NCBI GenBank assembly: GCA_000004695.1
Contig: CM000152.2
Location: 4,352,001 to 4,416,000 of the forward strand
DNA length: 64,000 bases
Direction of reading: 5' to 3'
From: Dictyostelium discoideum
Lineage: Eukaryota
Positions 12,991-26,565 of the stretch are shown here, piece after piece. The notes below the pieces were generated by a model. That model did not search any database and was not told where the DNA came from. It saw only the letters and a list, made by a program, of their open reading frames with translations. A program made the translations under genes and the position numbers. The first letter of the stretch is position 1. Every line of letters starts with the position of its first letter.

Positions 12991-13366
12991 TATTAATAAT
13001 AAAAAAAAAAAAAAACATAAAATAAAATAAAAATGGTAATAATAAAAAAATGATATAATTTATAAAGTAATATTGTGTTTGGTAGTGCTGAACATTTATA
13101 TTTTTATTATAATAATATTATTAGACTAATATTATTATGTGCATGATTAAATATTGTTTTTATTAATTTTATTATTATTTTTATTATTATTTATAGTTGA
13201 TTAAAATGTATCATAATATATGAATTAATGATTAAAGATAATTTAAATTTTTATTTTGAGTATAATTTTATTATTTAATTATAAAGATAAAGAGGGATTT
13301 TTATTTTTTTTTATTTTTATTTTTTTTTTTTTTAGAGTTATTATTCTTTGTTCTATATTATTATTA

Positions 13367-13371
<5 letters not shown>

Positions 13372-13455
<84 letters not shown>

Positions 13456-13458
13456 TTT
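13372..13458. repeat. (ATT)n microsatellite of about 29 units
   Basis: A long perfect attattatt... run produces the spurious poly-Leu ORF at 13256..13507. It is flanked by homopolymer T runs and ambiguous bases. Confidence 0.9.
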
Positions 13459-13478
13459 TTTTTATGATTTGATAAGTT

Positions 13479-13512
<34 letters not shown>

Positions 13513-13533
13513 ATAATTTAGATCTTTTTTTTT

Positions 13534-13683
13534 NCCNTTTTTGNGTTTAGAATACGTGCAGAATACATATATATTGATGTACAATAAAATTTTGTATTCC
13601 TTGCCAAAAATAGTATTGCGGGTGTTTTAAAATTATGGTTATATGTTTAATGAGTGAAAATAAAGTGTAAAAACTGTTATCTN
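13534..13683. other. Region with ambiguous bases (N), a low-quality or unresolved assembly stretch
   Basis: Literal n characters occur at 13534, 13537, 13544 and 13683-13685, embedded in homopolymer T tracts. Confidence 0.9.
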
Positions 13684-16637
13684 NNTTTTTTTTTTTTTTT
13701 TTTTTTTTTTTTATATCTTGTTTTTACGATTTACAAAAAATAAAATAATAAAAAATAATAAATAATAATAAAAAATAATAAAAATAAATAAAAAATAAAT
13801 AAAAAAATAAATAAAAAAATAAATAAAAAAATCAATAAAAAAATACATCTTTTATTACTTTTTAGGATTAAAAATATAATTGGATATTGTTGTATGAAGA
13901 AGAAAAGAAAAAAAAAAAAAAAAAAAATTTATTTCTGGTTGAAAGCGTAAAACCATCAAAAAAAAAAAAATAAAAAAATAAAAAAATAAAAAAAAATAAA
14001 ATAAAATTTTATAAAAAAAATCATCTTATTTTTGTTCAACGTGAAATTTTCTTTGGAATAATCTTGCTTAAGTTTGCATATAAAAAATCAAAAAAAGTAA
14101 AATTTTTTTTTTTATTTAAATTTAAAAATTATTCCATTAAAAAAACACGAAAATTAAAAATCAAAATTTAGTAACGTTGTACAAGCAGGGTGTGAAATTC
14201 ACAAAAAAATAAATAAAAAATAAAATTTTAAAAAAAGATATTAATTTTATTTTATATAAACACACACAAACCCTTTTGATTTTTAAAAATTATAATTTTT
14301 TTTTTTTATTTTTATTTTTCTATTTTTACTTTAAATTATGAATATTCTTTCGACAATCTTGGTCAAGGTGACTCATTTTTAAAATTTTTTTTATTTTATT
14401 TTTTTATTTTATTTTTTTTTTTTTTTTTAAGGTGATATTAAAATTAAAACAAAACATTGAAAGAGGAATTATTATAATTAAATTATGATTGAGTTTAGGT
14501 TAATTTAAATAGAATTTGATATATTCAGTTAAAACACTTACCAATTGATGATTTACCACTCTATCTTGGCTACCACAATAAATATATATATTTTTAGTTT
14601 TTATTTTTTAATTTTTTAATTTTTTTTTTTTATTGGTGGTTGGGAATTAATTTTAGTTATGATCAGATTTAATTTGAACTATAATTTATTAATTTAGTAA
14701 TATAAAAACCTATTTTTTTTTAATTTATAATTTTTAGATTTTCTCAATTTAATTTAGTACTGTTTTGTTTTAAATTTAAAGGAAAATAAATTAATTTTTA
14801 TATATTTTTTTTTTTTTTTTTTTCAACAAATAGGTCAATATTTTTAATTTATTTATTTTTTTCTTTTTTTTTGTTTTATTTGATTAAATTTTTAACAATC
14901 TTGATTAGGGTAAACAGTTATTTTTATTTTTATATTTTTATTTAACATTATTATTGTTATTATTTTATTTTTTTTTATTTTTTTATTTTTTTATTTTATC
15001 TTTTTTTTTTTTTTATATTACTCATTTTTCAAAATTACAAATGACCAAAATATAATTGTTTTGTTACAATAAAAAAAATAATATTGTCATATAAAATTGT
15101 TATCATTGTGAGTTAAATATTTAAAAATTAAAAAAAAAAAAAAATAAACTTTTAAGAATAATGCCATTTCTAAAAATGATCAAAATAATTTAAAAAAAAA
15201 ATAAATTAAAATAAATAGTTTGAATATATAAAAAAAAAAAAAATAACAAACACACGGATGTGAGGTTTAAAATATGTGTTATATAGGGTATTCTTTTAAT
15301 TCAATTATTATATGTATATAAATAGTTGTGTGAGTGTGTTATTTTAGTGGTTTTCTTCAAACACAATATGAAATTTTAAAAATTTAGCACAACCACACCA
15401 CCACACAACACTACACCATTAAAAATATTATGAATATATGTGTACTAGTTTTTTTATATTTTTTTTATTTTTATTTTATTTTTAAATATATTGTTTAATA
15501 TATATAAAATTTTTTTTTTTAAAATAATATTAAAAAAAAAAAAAAAAAAAAAAATAATAATAAGTGTTTTTAATATATTGTAATGTAAAATAATTATTAT
15601 AATTTATAAAAGGTATGTATGTGTAAAATATAAGTAATTTAGGACACAAATAACAAGTTCAAATAAAACCAAATTATTTTTTATTTTTTATATTTTTTTT
15701 TTTTTTAAAAAAATAAAAAAAAAAACACAAAAAAATTATTTATTTGTATTTATTTTAAAATTAATTTTTTTATTATAAAAAATATTTGTATTTTTATTTT
15801 AAAATTAATTTTTTAAATAATTATTAAATAAAATAAAATAAAAAAAACAAATTATTAATCATAATTTGAACAAAATAATTGGTATAAAAAATAGTATTAA
15901 TTTAGGTAAAAGAATAAAGATAATAAATTGTTCTTTTTTTGGGGTTTTTTTTTATAGTACAAATAATTTATTCCATCATTCTCGTATCATTTACACACCA
16001 TACAATACCATATTATACATAAAATATACAATAAACACAAATACACACACATCTATATATATCATTGTGAAAATAATTTCCATAGACATAAACCATACAA
16101 ATAATTAATTATTTAAAATTACAGATTTATTTGTATTTTTAAAATTTTTTTTTTTTAATAGTTTTTTTACTCTAGTTTTTTATTTTTTTATTTTTTAAAT
16201 TTTAATTTTATTTGTTTTTGTTTTATTTTTATTTTTATTTTTAATTTAATTATTTTTATAAAAATTATTGTGTTTTTTTCTGTTTGATTCATTTCAATAA
16301 ATAATTTATATTTTACTAATTTGAAAAAATCTATTTTTATGGAAAAAATATAAAAAATAAAGAGAAAAAAAAAAAAAAAAAAAAAAAAAAGGAATAAATA
16401 TAGTTTAAATTGTACAATACTTTCAATTTTTTTTTTTCTTTGTTAATCGATTTCAAATACAAAAAAAAAAAAAAAAAAAAAATTTATTTATTTATTTTTT
16501 ATGTATAGCTCCTGATAATAATAATAATTATAATAATAATAATTTAAATTTAAATTTAAAACAAGAAAATAGTATATTAAATATAAAACATATAAAACAA
16601 ATTAAACGAAATAAATTAATTATATATACAATTAAAA

Positions 16638-16813
16638 ATGATGCATGCATTGGGTGACCTTTTCAAACCCGAAGAAAAGGAAATTAAAATGGATAGAGAT
16701 AAGTGTAGTGGAGCTTGCGTTGCAATTTGGACATGGAAAACAAGTAGGTTTTATTTTTTTATTATTTTCATTTTTGATGCAATTAATTAAATTTTTAATA
16801 ATTTTATCTTTTA

Positions 16814-16858
<45 letters not shown>

Positions 16859-17552
16859 AAAAAAAGTTGTTAGATTAATATGTTTGATTGCAGGTGGTGT
16901 TCAAGTATTTATGGGTGGATATATTTTTTACTCAATTAGTTTTACAAAAGATCATTCAGTTCAAAACTATTTATCATTATCAGTTGTTGGTTTTTATGCA
17001 TGTTTAACTGGTTTATTAATTCTTTTTGCAGAAACAAGAACAAGATGGACTAGAAGAGCTGTAAAAGTATTTGTTTTCCTTTGTAATGGTTTATCAAGAG
17101 GTATAATTTATATTCTGTAAGTATTTAAATTATTTTTTAACTTTTATTTTTATTTTTATTTTTTTCCACTACTAATAAAATTAAATTTCTTATGGATTTT
17201 ATTATTTTATTTTTATTTTTTTTGGAAATAAAGAATTGGAGCTATTGATCAATCACCAATACCATTTAAATTTTTAAATATTATAACTTCAATGCATATT
17301 GGTTTAGTTTGTATAGCAGGTGGTGTTGTATCAATTATTGAATTTTTAATTACATATAGAAGAAATAGAGCAAGATTGAATCAAGCAATTGCAAATCATC
17401 AACAACAAGCTAAAGGTACTGAATTGTATGACCTATTTGAAAGAGAAGATTTCAATAATCCTGAAGATGCAGCTGCTTATGATTTGGAAAAGGGTAAAGA
17501 TCCAAATTATATTCATCAAGATTTAGAAATGCAACCAGTTCAAGAAGCCTAA
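16638..17552 (+). CDS. Small four-TM integral membrane protein of unknown family, three exons
   Basis: join(16638..16743, 16894..17116, 17234..17552). Exon 1 reads MMHALGDLFKPEEKEIKMDRDKCSGACVAIWTWKT, with a GTAGGT donor at 16744. Exon 2 (acceptor tgattgcag) reads GGVQVFMGGYIFYSISF...VVGFYACLTGLLILFAETRTRW...FLCNGLSRGIIYIL, with a GTAAGT donor at 17117 that overlaps the apparent stop. Exon 3 reads IGAIDQSPIPF...HIGLVCIAGGVVSIIEFLITYRRNRARLN... and ends in an acidic C-tail. Family assignment (possibly a Golgi/COPI-vesicle tetraspan protein) is speculative. Confidence 0.65.
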
Positions 17553-17662
17553 AAAATAATAATAATAAAAATAATAAAAACAATAATAATAATAATAAAA
17601 CAACAAAAAAAAAAAAAAAAAAATAATAATGTTTTTAAAATAGAAAAGGAAAAAAAAAAAAG

Positions 17663-17710
<48 letters not shown>

Positions 17711-17916
17711 GAAAAAAAAAAAAACCATAATTTTAAATTTTTTAAATAAAAAAATAAAAATAACAATAAAAAATAACAATTAAAAAAAAAATTAAATATA
17801 TTCACATTATTTTGAATAAAAAACAAACAAAATTGTGATCAAATTTGGGAAGTGAATTTTTTTTTTTTTTTTCATTTTTATTTTTTTTATTTTTTTCATT
17901 TTTATTTTTTTTTTTT

Positions 17917-17949
<33 letters not shown>

Positions 17950-18111
17950 CAGATTGCTCGTTTTTTTGTGTATATATATTTATTTAATCATTTTTTTTTT
18001 GTGTCCACATACAAACCTAAAAAAGACAATTACATTAAAACAATAAAAACAATAAAACCTATAAAAATCAAAAACTCATCAATACACAACACGCATATAT
18101 AAAAAAAAAGA

Positions 18112-18426
18112 ATGAATTTCAACAAAAATTCAATTGTATTAGGTACTTTATTACTTAAAGGACCATTGTCAAGACAAAACCTTTGGAGTTATGTTTCAAG
18201 ATTCAATTTTTACTCTGGTTTAACAAACTTAAAAATGCACTTGGATAGAATGGTTAAAGAAAGAAGAATCACCAGAAAAGTATCACCATTATCAAAAACG
18301 AGAGGTCAAGAGATTTTTGAATTTGCAATTATTAAAGAAAATGAAAGAAACAATATTCCAGAAGATACTTTAGATAAAATAAAAACAGAAATCAACGAAT
18401 TTGATAAATTATTTGAAAAAAAATAA
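18112..18426 (+). CDS. Hypothetical 104-aa basic protein, single exon
   Basis: A clean ATG-initiated ORF encodes MNFNKNSIVLGTLLLKGPLSRQNLWSYVSRFNFYSGLTNLKMHLDRMVKERRITRKV.... Codon usage is coding-like and it lacks the homopolymer runs seen in flanking DNA. No family was recognised. It could be a mitochondrial-targeted small protein. Confidence 0.45.
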   Translation: MNFNKNSIVLGTLLLKGPLSRQNLWSYVSRFNFYSGLTNLKMHLDRMVKERRITRKVSPLSKTRGQEIFEFAIIKENERNNIPEDTLDKIKTEINEFDKLFEKK

Positions 18427-18771
18427 AATAAAATAAATAATAATAATTTAAATAAATAATGAAGCAACACAACAAAAACAAAAATAACAATATAATATAA
18501 TGCAATTAATTACCTATGAATGGAAGTGTATCCATACACTCTTTTTTTTTTTCATCAATAAACATGTACATAAAATAGGTAAAAAAAAAAAAAATAAAAA
18601 AATAAAAAAAAATAAAAAATTATAATTAAAAAAAAAAAAAAAAAAAAAAAAGATATTTGTTTGGGTGATTTAAATATATTGAAAATAACTTTTGAAATGA
18701 TCTACATATGTATTGGGGATATTTCTCTATTTTATGTAAAATTTTTATTTTTATTTTTATTATTATTTTTC

Positions 18772-19007
18772 TTAGGAAAATAATCTCTTTATGGCAAGTG
18801 CCACAAGAAGGGTAAATAAAATTACAATCATTCTATCAATTTGAATGGTGGATGGGTTTAAAATTGTTCTTTGTTGTTGAATTATTGGTTGTTGTTGTAG
18901 TTGTGGTGGTTGTTGTGGGTTTTGTAAAGTAGTTGTTGGTTTTTGTGTGGCGGAGGGTGTTTGAGAATTATTTTGCGCTATATTGTCATTTTTATTGTTA
19001 TTATTGC

Positions 19008-19038
<31 letters not shown>

Positions 19039-19656
19039 ACTATTTTTATTATTTTCAGTGATAACACCAATTGTTGGTGTATTTAATTGTATTGATGCTC
19101 CACTGCCACCAGAAGCACCAATTGAAATATTTTGTGTTGGTAAATTATCAAGTGATTTCATTACCATATCTTCTATTGGTTCATTATCTTCATTATCTTG
19201 TTCATTGTTGTTATTGACTATTTCTTCCTCTTCATAATAAGTTTCTGTATTTTGTTTAGTTTCTTCCTCTTGTAGTTTTTCATTGTAATCTTGATCTTCA
19301 TTTTTAATATCACCACTATCATTATCATTATTATTATTGTTATCATTATTATTATTATTATTAGTAGTAGTAGTAGTATTTGTTGAGGTATTAGTAATAG
19401 CTGTAACTGTGGTTTCTGTTGCTGCTGTTGTTGTTGTAGTTGTTGTTGTAGTGGTGGTTGTATTATTATTATTATTATTACTATTAACTGGTTGACCCAA
19501 AGCAAAACGATTATGTGAACCACATCTTGTACATTTCCAATCTAATGATTTTAATGCTAATTCCTTTCTATCTTTTGTTGGTAAATCAATAGCACCAATT
19601 GCACCTTTTCCTTCTGTTGGCATAAATCCAATTAATGCAACTAAAACTGTTCTAAC

Positions 19657-19692
<36 letters not shown>

Positions 19693-20312
19693 AAAATTAG
19701 ATTTATTAGCATTTTTTTTTTTTTTATTTTAATTATTTGTTTTATAATATTTATATATACATACTACTCCAAGATGGTTGCCAATGTTCTGGATGGTGTG
19801 CTGATACAGTTAAACAAATCTTTACATTGGTTTCAAATCTACCATTTGGCTAAATATATTAATCATATATATGGTTAGTGTTATTTTTAATAGGTGTTGT
19901 CGGTTGTTGTTATTTTTATTGTTAAATACATACTGTCAATAATACAATATTTGGTGGTTTGAATGGATATTCAGATGGTAAAATAATTCTACCATGGTAA
20001 ATACCACCATTAAAATCTGAATCTTGTGGTCCTCTTATTGTAAAATGCCACTCAAATATATTGTCCTACATATAAGATATTATATATATATAATCATTAG
20101 TTTAATATTATAATTTAAATTGTTTATAATTAAAAAAAAAAAAAATAATAAATATATATATATATATTTGTGTATTTATATATATATATATATATATATA
20201 CACATACCTCTAAAGGAAATGCTTTGTAATCTGGATTTGTATCATTTCTAAGTTCTTGTATCTCCCTTAGGATTCTTTTTACTGCTGGGTTATTTGGGTT
20301 ACATGAATCCAT
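18772..20312 (-). CDS. Ubiquitin-conjugating enzyme E2, UBC6/UBE2J type, tail-anchored, four exons
   Basis: complement(join(18772..19655, 19765..19849, 19934..20065, 20208..20312)). The N-terminus reads MDSCNPNNPAVKRILREIQELRNDTNPDYKAFPLE | DNIFEWHFTIRGPQDSDFNGGIYHGRIILPSEYPFKPPNIVLLT | PNGRFETNVKICLTVSAHHPEHWQPSWS | IRTVLVALIGFMPTEGKGAIG.... This gives the UBC fold with the catalytic Cys in the HPEHWQPSW context typical of Ubc6. The gene continues with a long N/T/Q-rich low-complexity linker and a C-terminal hydrophobic anchor (MIVILFTLLVALAIKRLFS). Intron 1 contains a (TA)n run. Confidence 0.8.
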
Positions 20313-20442
20313 TGAACGTACGTAGTTTATTTTCTCTATTATATAAATAATGCAATACAAATATTTTAATTTAATTTAAAAAAAAAAAAAATAAAAAAAA
20401 AAAAAAATAAAAAAAAAATAAAAAAAAAAATTAATTTTTTTT

Positions 20443-20473
<31 letters not shown>

Positions 20474-20874
20474 CAAGAAATAAAGGGAAAACAAAATTTA
20501 AAATATCTGAGACATATGTTTTTTTTCTTTTTTTTTTTATTTTTCATTTTTTTTATTTTTGGAAATAATTTGACTTTTTTTATAAACACAATTAAAATAA
20601 GTAATTTTCAATAAAAATAAAAAAAATAAAAAAAAATTTATTTACAAAGCCTCTTTTATAGTAATATATTTTATTTATAATTAATAATTTTTTGATTTTT
20701 TTATTTGTTTCCATAATTTACAAATATTTTAAAATTATTATTTACAAATTTGTTAAGAGAGAAAAATATATATATTTTTGTTTTGAAAAGTGGTAATATT
20801 ATTTTTTTTTTATTTTATTTTATTTTATTTTTACTTTTTTTTATTTTCCGGAAAAAAAAAATGGAAAAAAATAA

Positions 20875-21751
20875 TTAAATTAAAAAATTAGTAAATTTTG
20901 AAGAATATTGAAAAAGAAATGAATCTCTATCAGTTATTGAATCAAAATTATTACAACGAAGATCTAATGATTTAGTGACGCGATTATTAATACAAGCATT
21001 GATTATTAAATGAAGTGAAGAAGTATTTAAAAAGTTTTTTGCAAAATTTATAGTATGAAGATATTTTGAAGTTGAGATATAGTAAATTATGATATCCATA
21101 TCATCATTTTCAATCTCATTATTTGAAAAATTTATAATTGTAATTTTATTTGATTTTACAATTGATTCTAAAAGTTTTGAAAGTTTATAACTGTTCAATT
21201 TTGATTTCCTATGAATGTACTCTTTCAAACCATCAGAATTCTTTGATTCAAAGAAATCACAAAGTGAATCTATTGAAATTTTGGAATTTATTGCATTGCA
21301 TGATAGATTTAAAACTCGGATATGTTGATTCACAGTTAGTATTTGAATGATTGTGTTCACTCGTTCTGGTGATAATAAAGAATTTGAGAATTCAATTCTA
21401 AGTAATCTCAAAGTTGAGCATTTCATTAAATACGGTACTAAATAGCAAAATCCCAATGGATCCAATCCGAATCTTAAATAAATTGCTTGACATCTATTAA
21501 TTGATTGATAATGATTACGCGGTGTTAACCAACGACCAATGATCCTACAATAATTCAAATCACTATCCCTTTCATATAAAAACTTATAAGAATAATATAA
21601 ATGTCTTATACTTTTTATTGATAATTTATTCCATAATCTACAAACCATTGAAATTTGAAAAAAACTATTACTTGGAAATACAATATCACATGCAAATCCA
21701 ATTATTTTAATTATTAAATATTCCGGTAAAATTTTATTAAATGATTTCTTT

Positions 21752-21783
<32 letters not shown>

Positions 21784-22176
21784 TACATTTTTTATTGTAG
21801 TTGATGGTGTTGATATTGGTAAAGAAATTGATGAAGATGATGATGATAATGAAGAAATTGATTGTATAGAATTTGATCTTGATAAACTATTATTATTATT
21901 ATTATTATTATTTTGTATTTGTGACGATGATGATTTTTTATTTTTAAATTTTTTTATTTTTTTTAATGGAGATTTTAGGTTTTTCTTTTTTGAAACTTTA
22001 CAATTTACCGAATTTGGTGATGGAATTAGATTATTATTTTTATCTAATTTTATTAAATTATTTAAATAAATATTTGATGATAATGATTTTTGTTGTTTTG
22101 GTGTTAATTCAAAAATTCCACCTGATGATATCATTTGATTTGTTTTTAATTGTGATGATGATGATGAGTTTCCCAT
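20875..22176 (-). CDS. N-myristoylatable F-box-like / leucine-rich-repeat protein, single exon
   Basis: The 433-aa ORF starts at an ATG and begins MGNSSSS (Gly2 myristoylation consensus). A poly-N/S linker follows. The motif ILPEYLIIKIIGFACDIVFP...CRLWNKL is F-box-like. Repeated LxxLxLxxN units follow (LNLSCNAINSKI, INFSNNEIENDD, LDLRCNNFDSI), which resemble RNI-type LRRs. Confidence 0.6.
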
Positions 22177-22904
22177 TTTTTTTATTATTATTATTTTTAT
22201 TATTATTATTTTTATTATTATTATTATTATTATTTAGGGTTAAATTTTTTTCAATCTGTTTTTTTTTGATGGTTAATTTTTTTTAATCTGTTTTGATTTT
22301 TTTTTAATCTGTTTTGATTTTTTATTTTTTATTTTTATTTTTTTTTTTTATTTTTACTTTTTTTTTTTTTTTTCAATCTTTTTTCAGAATCTGAGACAAA
22401 ATATCTTTTTTTTTTTTGATTTTTTTTTTTTTTTGATTTTTTATTTTTTTTTTTAATATTATGGTTTTTAAAAGGGTTTTAAAATTATTTTAAACCAACC
22501 ACTGAAAAAAATTAATTGGAATAGAAATAGAAATATATTAATATAGTACAAATAATATAATGTTTTTAAATTAATGAATGGGTAATGAGAAATGAATTCT
22601 GATTTGTTTTTTTTTTTTTTTTTTCTATCAATTTTAATTTTAATTTTTATTTATTTTTTTTTGTTTTTTTTTTTTTTATTTTTTTTTATCAATAAAAAAA
22701 AAAAAAAAAAATGGCCAAACCACTGAGATTCAATCAGCAAACCATTTGATTGGTCAATTTTACAACTCTCAAAAAAAATCTCCTCGCAAAAGTCTTTTTG
22801 GCAACTCGTCAGATAGTTCCATGAAATTAGAAAAATCACATTGATTGGCTTTTCCAAAATGCGATAAATTTTTTGTAAAATTGAAAAAAGAAAAAAAAAA
22901 AATA

Positions 22905-22954
<50 letters not shown>

Positions 22955-24037
22955 AAAATAAAAATATACAGTTTAACAAATCAGAATCAATTTTTGTGTG
23001 AGTGTGTGTTTGATCGGATTAATATATAATTTTTTAATTTATTTTATTTTATTTTATTTTTTTTTGTTTTTTATTTTTATTTTTATTTTTTTATTTTTTT
23101 TATTTTTTTTATTATTTTTTTTTTTTTTAAATTAAATTAAATTAAAAAAATGATAATAATAAAATTATTGTTTAAATTTAATATGAAAAATATCAACATG
23201 TTGATATGATATGTTATAGTGTATCAAAAATAGTAATTTAGATTAATCTATAAAAATTAATAATATCCATATTTATATATTTTTGTATATAATAAAATTT
23301 ATTTAATTTATTTATATGTACTGTTCAAAAAATTTTTTAATTTTTTTATTTTTTATTTTTTTTTTTAAAATTTTTTTTTTATTTTTTTTTTAAAATTTTT
23401 TTTTTTTTTTATTATTTTTTTTTTTTTATTTTTTTATTTTTTTATTTTTTATTTTTATTTTTTTTTTTTAAGGGCAATACAAACACGATAAATAAATTAA
23501 ATAAACCAACCCCCAAAATTAAAAATCAAATACTCACTCAATAATCCATATTTAATTATTTATATACCCAAATAAAGAAAATTTTGTTTATTTATATATC
23601 ATCATATATATATTTATATTTAAACATTTTAATTATTTATAAAATTATATAAAAAATAAAATAAAAAAAAAATAAATTATAATAGTAATAATATTTTTTA
23701 TTATTATTATTTTTTTTTTTTTAGTGTATTATATATATAAATATATTAGTTAAAATAGAAATAGGATTATATTTATACCAATAACTATAGTTTTTCATTA
23801 ATTTATATATTCTATCCCGATTTTGTATTTATACATGTATTTCCTTATATACACTTAAAATTCAGACATTATTATTTATTATATATAAAAAAAAATTAAA
23901 AAAAAAAAAAAAATTAAAAATAAATAAAATTTAAAAAAATAAAAAAAAAAAAAATAAAAAAAATTTGTATATATATTAGAAAAAAAAAAAAAAAATAAAA
24001 AAAAACAAAAACACAAATAAAAAAATAATAAAAGAAA

Positions 24038-24706
24038 ATGAAGAGGTTCTTTTCGAATCTCTTTAAGAGAAAACAAGACCAGAATAGTCATATTAAACAA
24101 ATAAATGGGCCAACAACATCAACTCCTACAACAACTCCTACAACTCCTACAACTCCTACAACAACTCAAACACCAACGCCACAAAATAATAATACAAATA
24201 ATAATACAAATAATAACAACAATACAAATAGTAATAATAGTAACCAACAAAAGAAAGAACAAGCACAAGCATCACCATCAACTAATCAAACACAAACACC
24301 ATCTAATAATACAATATCAACATCTCCAACTGTTACAACACAACCAAGTTTCACACCAGGTGTTATAAGTACATCAAAACTTACAACATCACCACCAGAA
24401 AGTCCAAGACCACCAACTTCAACAACTAATACTACACAACCATCAACCACTACAACCACAGCTACTAATAGTACCAATACAAACACAGCATCAGCACCAA
24501 CTAAAACAGCATCTCCAAGCTCACCAAGTGCAACAGCTTCACCAAATAATAATAGTAATAATACAACTACTACTGCTGCAACTACTACAACTACTACAAC
24601 TACTACAACCACTACAAATGCAAATCAAACAGCAAGTGTTAATCACACTAGCAGTGACCAATCATTAAATGCTCAAAATGTAACACAAACAAATAATAAC
24701 AACAAC

Positions 24707-24737
<31 letters not shown>

Positions 24738-26565
24738 CAAATAATACAAAACCAATTAATCCAAATGATTATATTCCATTGGATTTTGTGGATTCTACAC
24801 CAAAAGTTGATAACAATCAACCAAAAAGAAAAGCAAGTGGACCACCAGAAATTTTACCAGAAGAAATTGATAGAACTGATTTCCTTGGTCAAGGTTCATT
24901 TGGTTCTGTATACAAAGGAAAATGTCGTGGTCAAGAAGTAGCAGTTAAAATTCCAAGAAAACAAAAACTTAGTTTATATGAATTAACTAGTTTTAGACAT
25001 GAAGTTAAAATTATGAGGTAAGGGTTTATTATATATAAAAAAAAAAAAAAAAAAAAAGACCATTTTTTTATTAATTCTTTTTTTTATTTTTATTTTATTT
25101 TTAAAAATCAATTAGTAAAATCTTCCATCCAAATGTAGTATTGTTTTTAGGTGCTTGTACACAATCAGGTAAAATGCAAATTGTTACAGAACTTTGTCAA
25201 ACAGATTTAGAAAAGTTATTACATAATGATCGTACCAAAAAGGAGTTTAGTTTATTTAGAAGAATGCAAATGGCTAAAGATGCAGCATTAGGTATGAATT
25301 GGTTACATGGTATTACTAGAATTGTTCATAACGATTTAAAAACAGCAAATCTCTTGGTAGATATTAACTTGCGTGTTAAAGTAACTGATTTTGGTTTCAG
25401 TCAAATTAAAGAAGGTGAAGAATTTCAAGATAAAGCAGCAAAAGGAACTCGTAAGTTTTAAAAAAAATTTTTTTTTTTTTTAATAATAATCATTTTTTGA
25501 TATTAACTATAATTTTTTTATTTTTTTATTTTAAAAATAAAAAGCATTATGGATGGCACCAGAAGTTATGATGGGTAATCCATATAATGAAAAAGCAGAT
25601 GTCTATAGTTTTGGTATTATTTTATGGGAAATTTTAACAAAGGAAGCACCATATTCACATCATAAAGATTACGATATTTTCTTTAATGCAATTTGTAACG
25701 AGAAAGAGAGACCACCAATTCCAGCAGATACACTTCCAAGTTTACGTCATTTAATTCAAACATGTTGGGATCATAATCCACAAAATAGACCATCATTTAG
25801 CGAAATCTTATTCAGATTGAATGAGATTTTAATCGATTGTGCAATCGATTTCGACGATGGAAGAAAGTATTGGAAAGAACATTTCTTAGTACCAAAACAA
25901 GAATTACAAGAGGAGGTTGAATGGTCAGACTTTGAAAAAACTTTGAAAGCCACTCACAAACAATTAAATCTCGATTATGCTCCACTCAAAGAGTTACTCG
26001 TTCAACAATCTCATCAAACTGTTCAAAAAACTAAACAAGTTGTCACTATGGAAAGATTTGATAAAGTTAGTAAATGGTTTGGTTCTTTCTTTGAACCAAA
26101 TACTGGTATTGAAACTATTGATAATGTATGTTTTCTTTTTTTTATTTTTTTTTTTTTTTTATATAAATATTTTATTAATATTGGTTTCTTTTTTTTTTTT
26201 TTTTTTTAAAAAAATAATAAAAATAGATTAATAAATTATCAGCAAAAATTTGGTTCCATGGTGATATTGTAAGAGAACAAGCAACATCTAGATTATCAAA
26301 AGCAGCTGAAGGAGCATTTTTAATTAGATTATCATCAACCGAACCAAAGACATGTCCTTTCACATTGTCAATGAAAAATAATCAACACCGTAGAATTCAA
26401 TTGATCGATGAAAATAATTTTACAGGTTTTAAGATTCAAGGAAAGACAGCAGTTTACAATAGTTTAATAGAATTGGTCGAAAAATGTAATGACTATCCAT
26501 TATTAGTACCTTGTCCAAAATTCACACAAGAAACTTTTAATCCTTATGATCCTTATACAAATTAA
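24038..26565 (+). CDS. Protein kinase with a C-terminal SH2 domain (Dictyostelium shk family, TKL-like), four exons, about 744 aa
   Basis: join(24038..25017, 25116..25450, 25545..26125, 26227..26565). Exon 1 is a T/P/N-rich N-terminus followed by the kinase start GQGSFGSVYKGKCRGQEVAVK..EVKIM. Its junction R|S restores SKIFHPNVVLFLGAC. Exon 2 carries HNDLKTANLL...VTDFGFS. Exon 3 carries ..GTPLWMAPEV...DVYSFGIILWEILT.... Exon 4 is an SH2 domain (WFHGDI...AFLIRLSS...). All junctions are GTAAGx/GTATGT...AG and in phase. I could not determine which shk paralogue this is. Confidence 0.8.

Noticed and set aside
13256-13507. 83-aa ORF with 40 consecutive Leu
   Set aside because: It is a translation of the (ATT)n microsatellite flanked by N-containing sequence, not a gene.
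17549-18102. Four overlapping poly-Phe/poly-Lys ORFs on both strands
   Set aside because: They are homopolymer T/A runs between the four-TM gene and the 104-aa ORF.
22651-22857. 68-codon minus-strand ORF (MEKPINVIFLISWNYLTSCQKDFCEE...)
   Set aside because: Its amino-acid composition is atypical for Dictyostelium, it ends in a poly-F/K homopolymer read-through, and it has no splice partners. I treat it as a regulatory or ncRNA island (see findings) rather than a CDS.
24105-24612. ORFs in alternative frames or antisense to the SH2-kinase exon 1 (QQLLQ.., VVVVV..)
   Set aside because: They are shadow ORFs created by the TTP/polyN/polyT codon repeats of the genuine frame.
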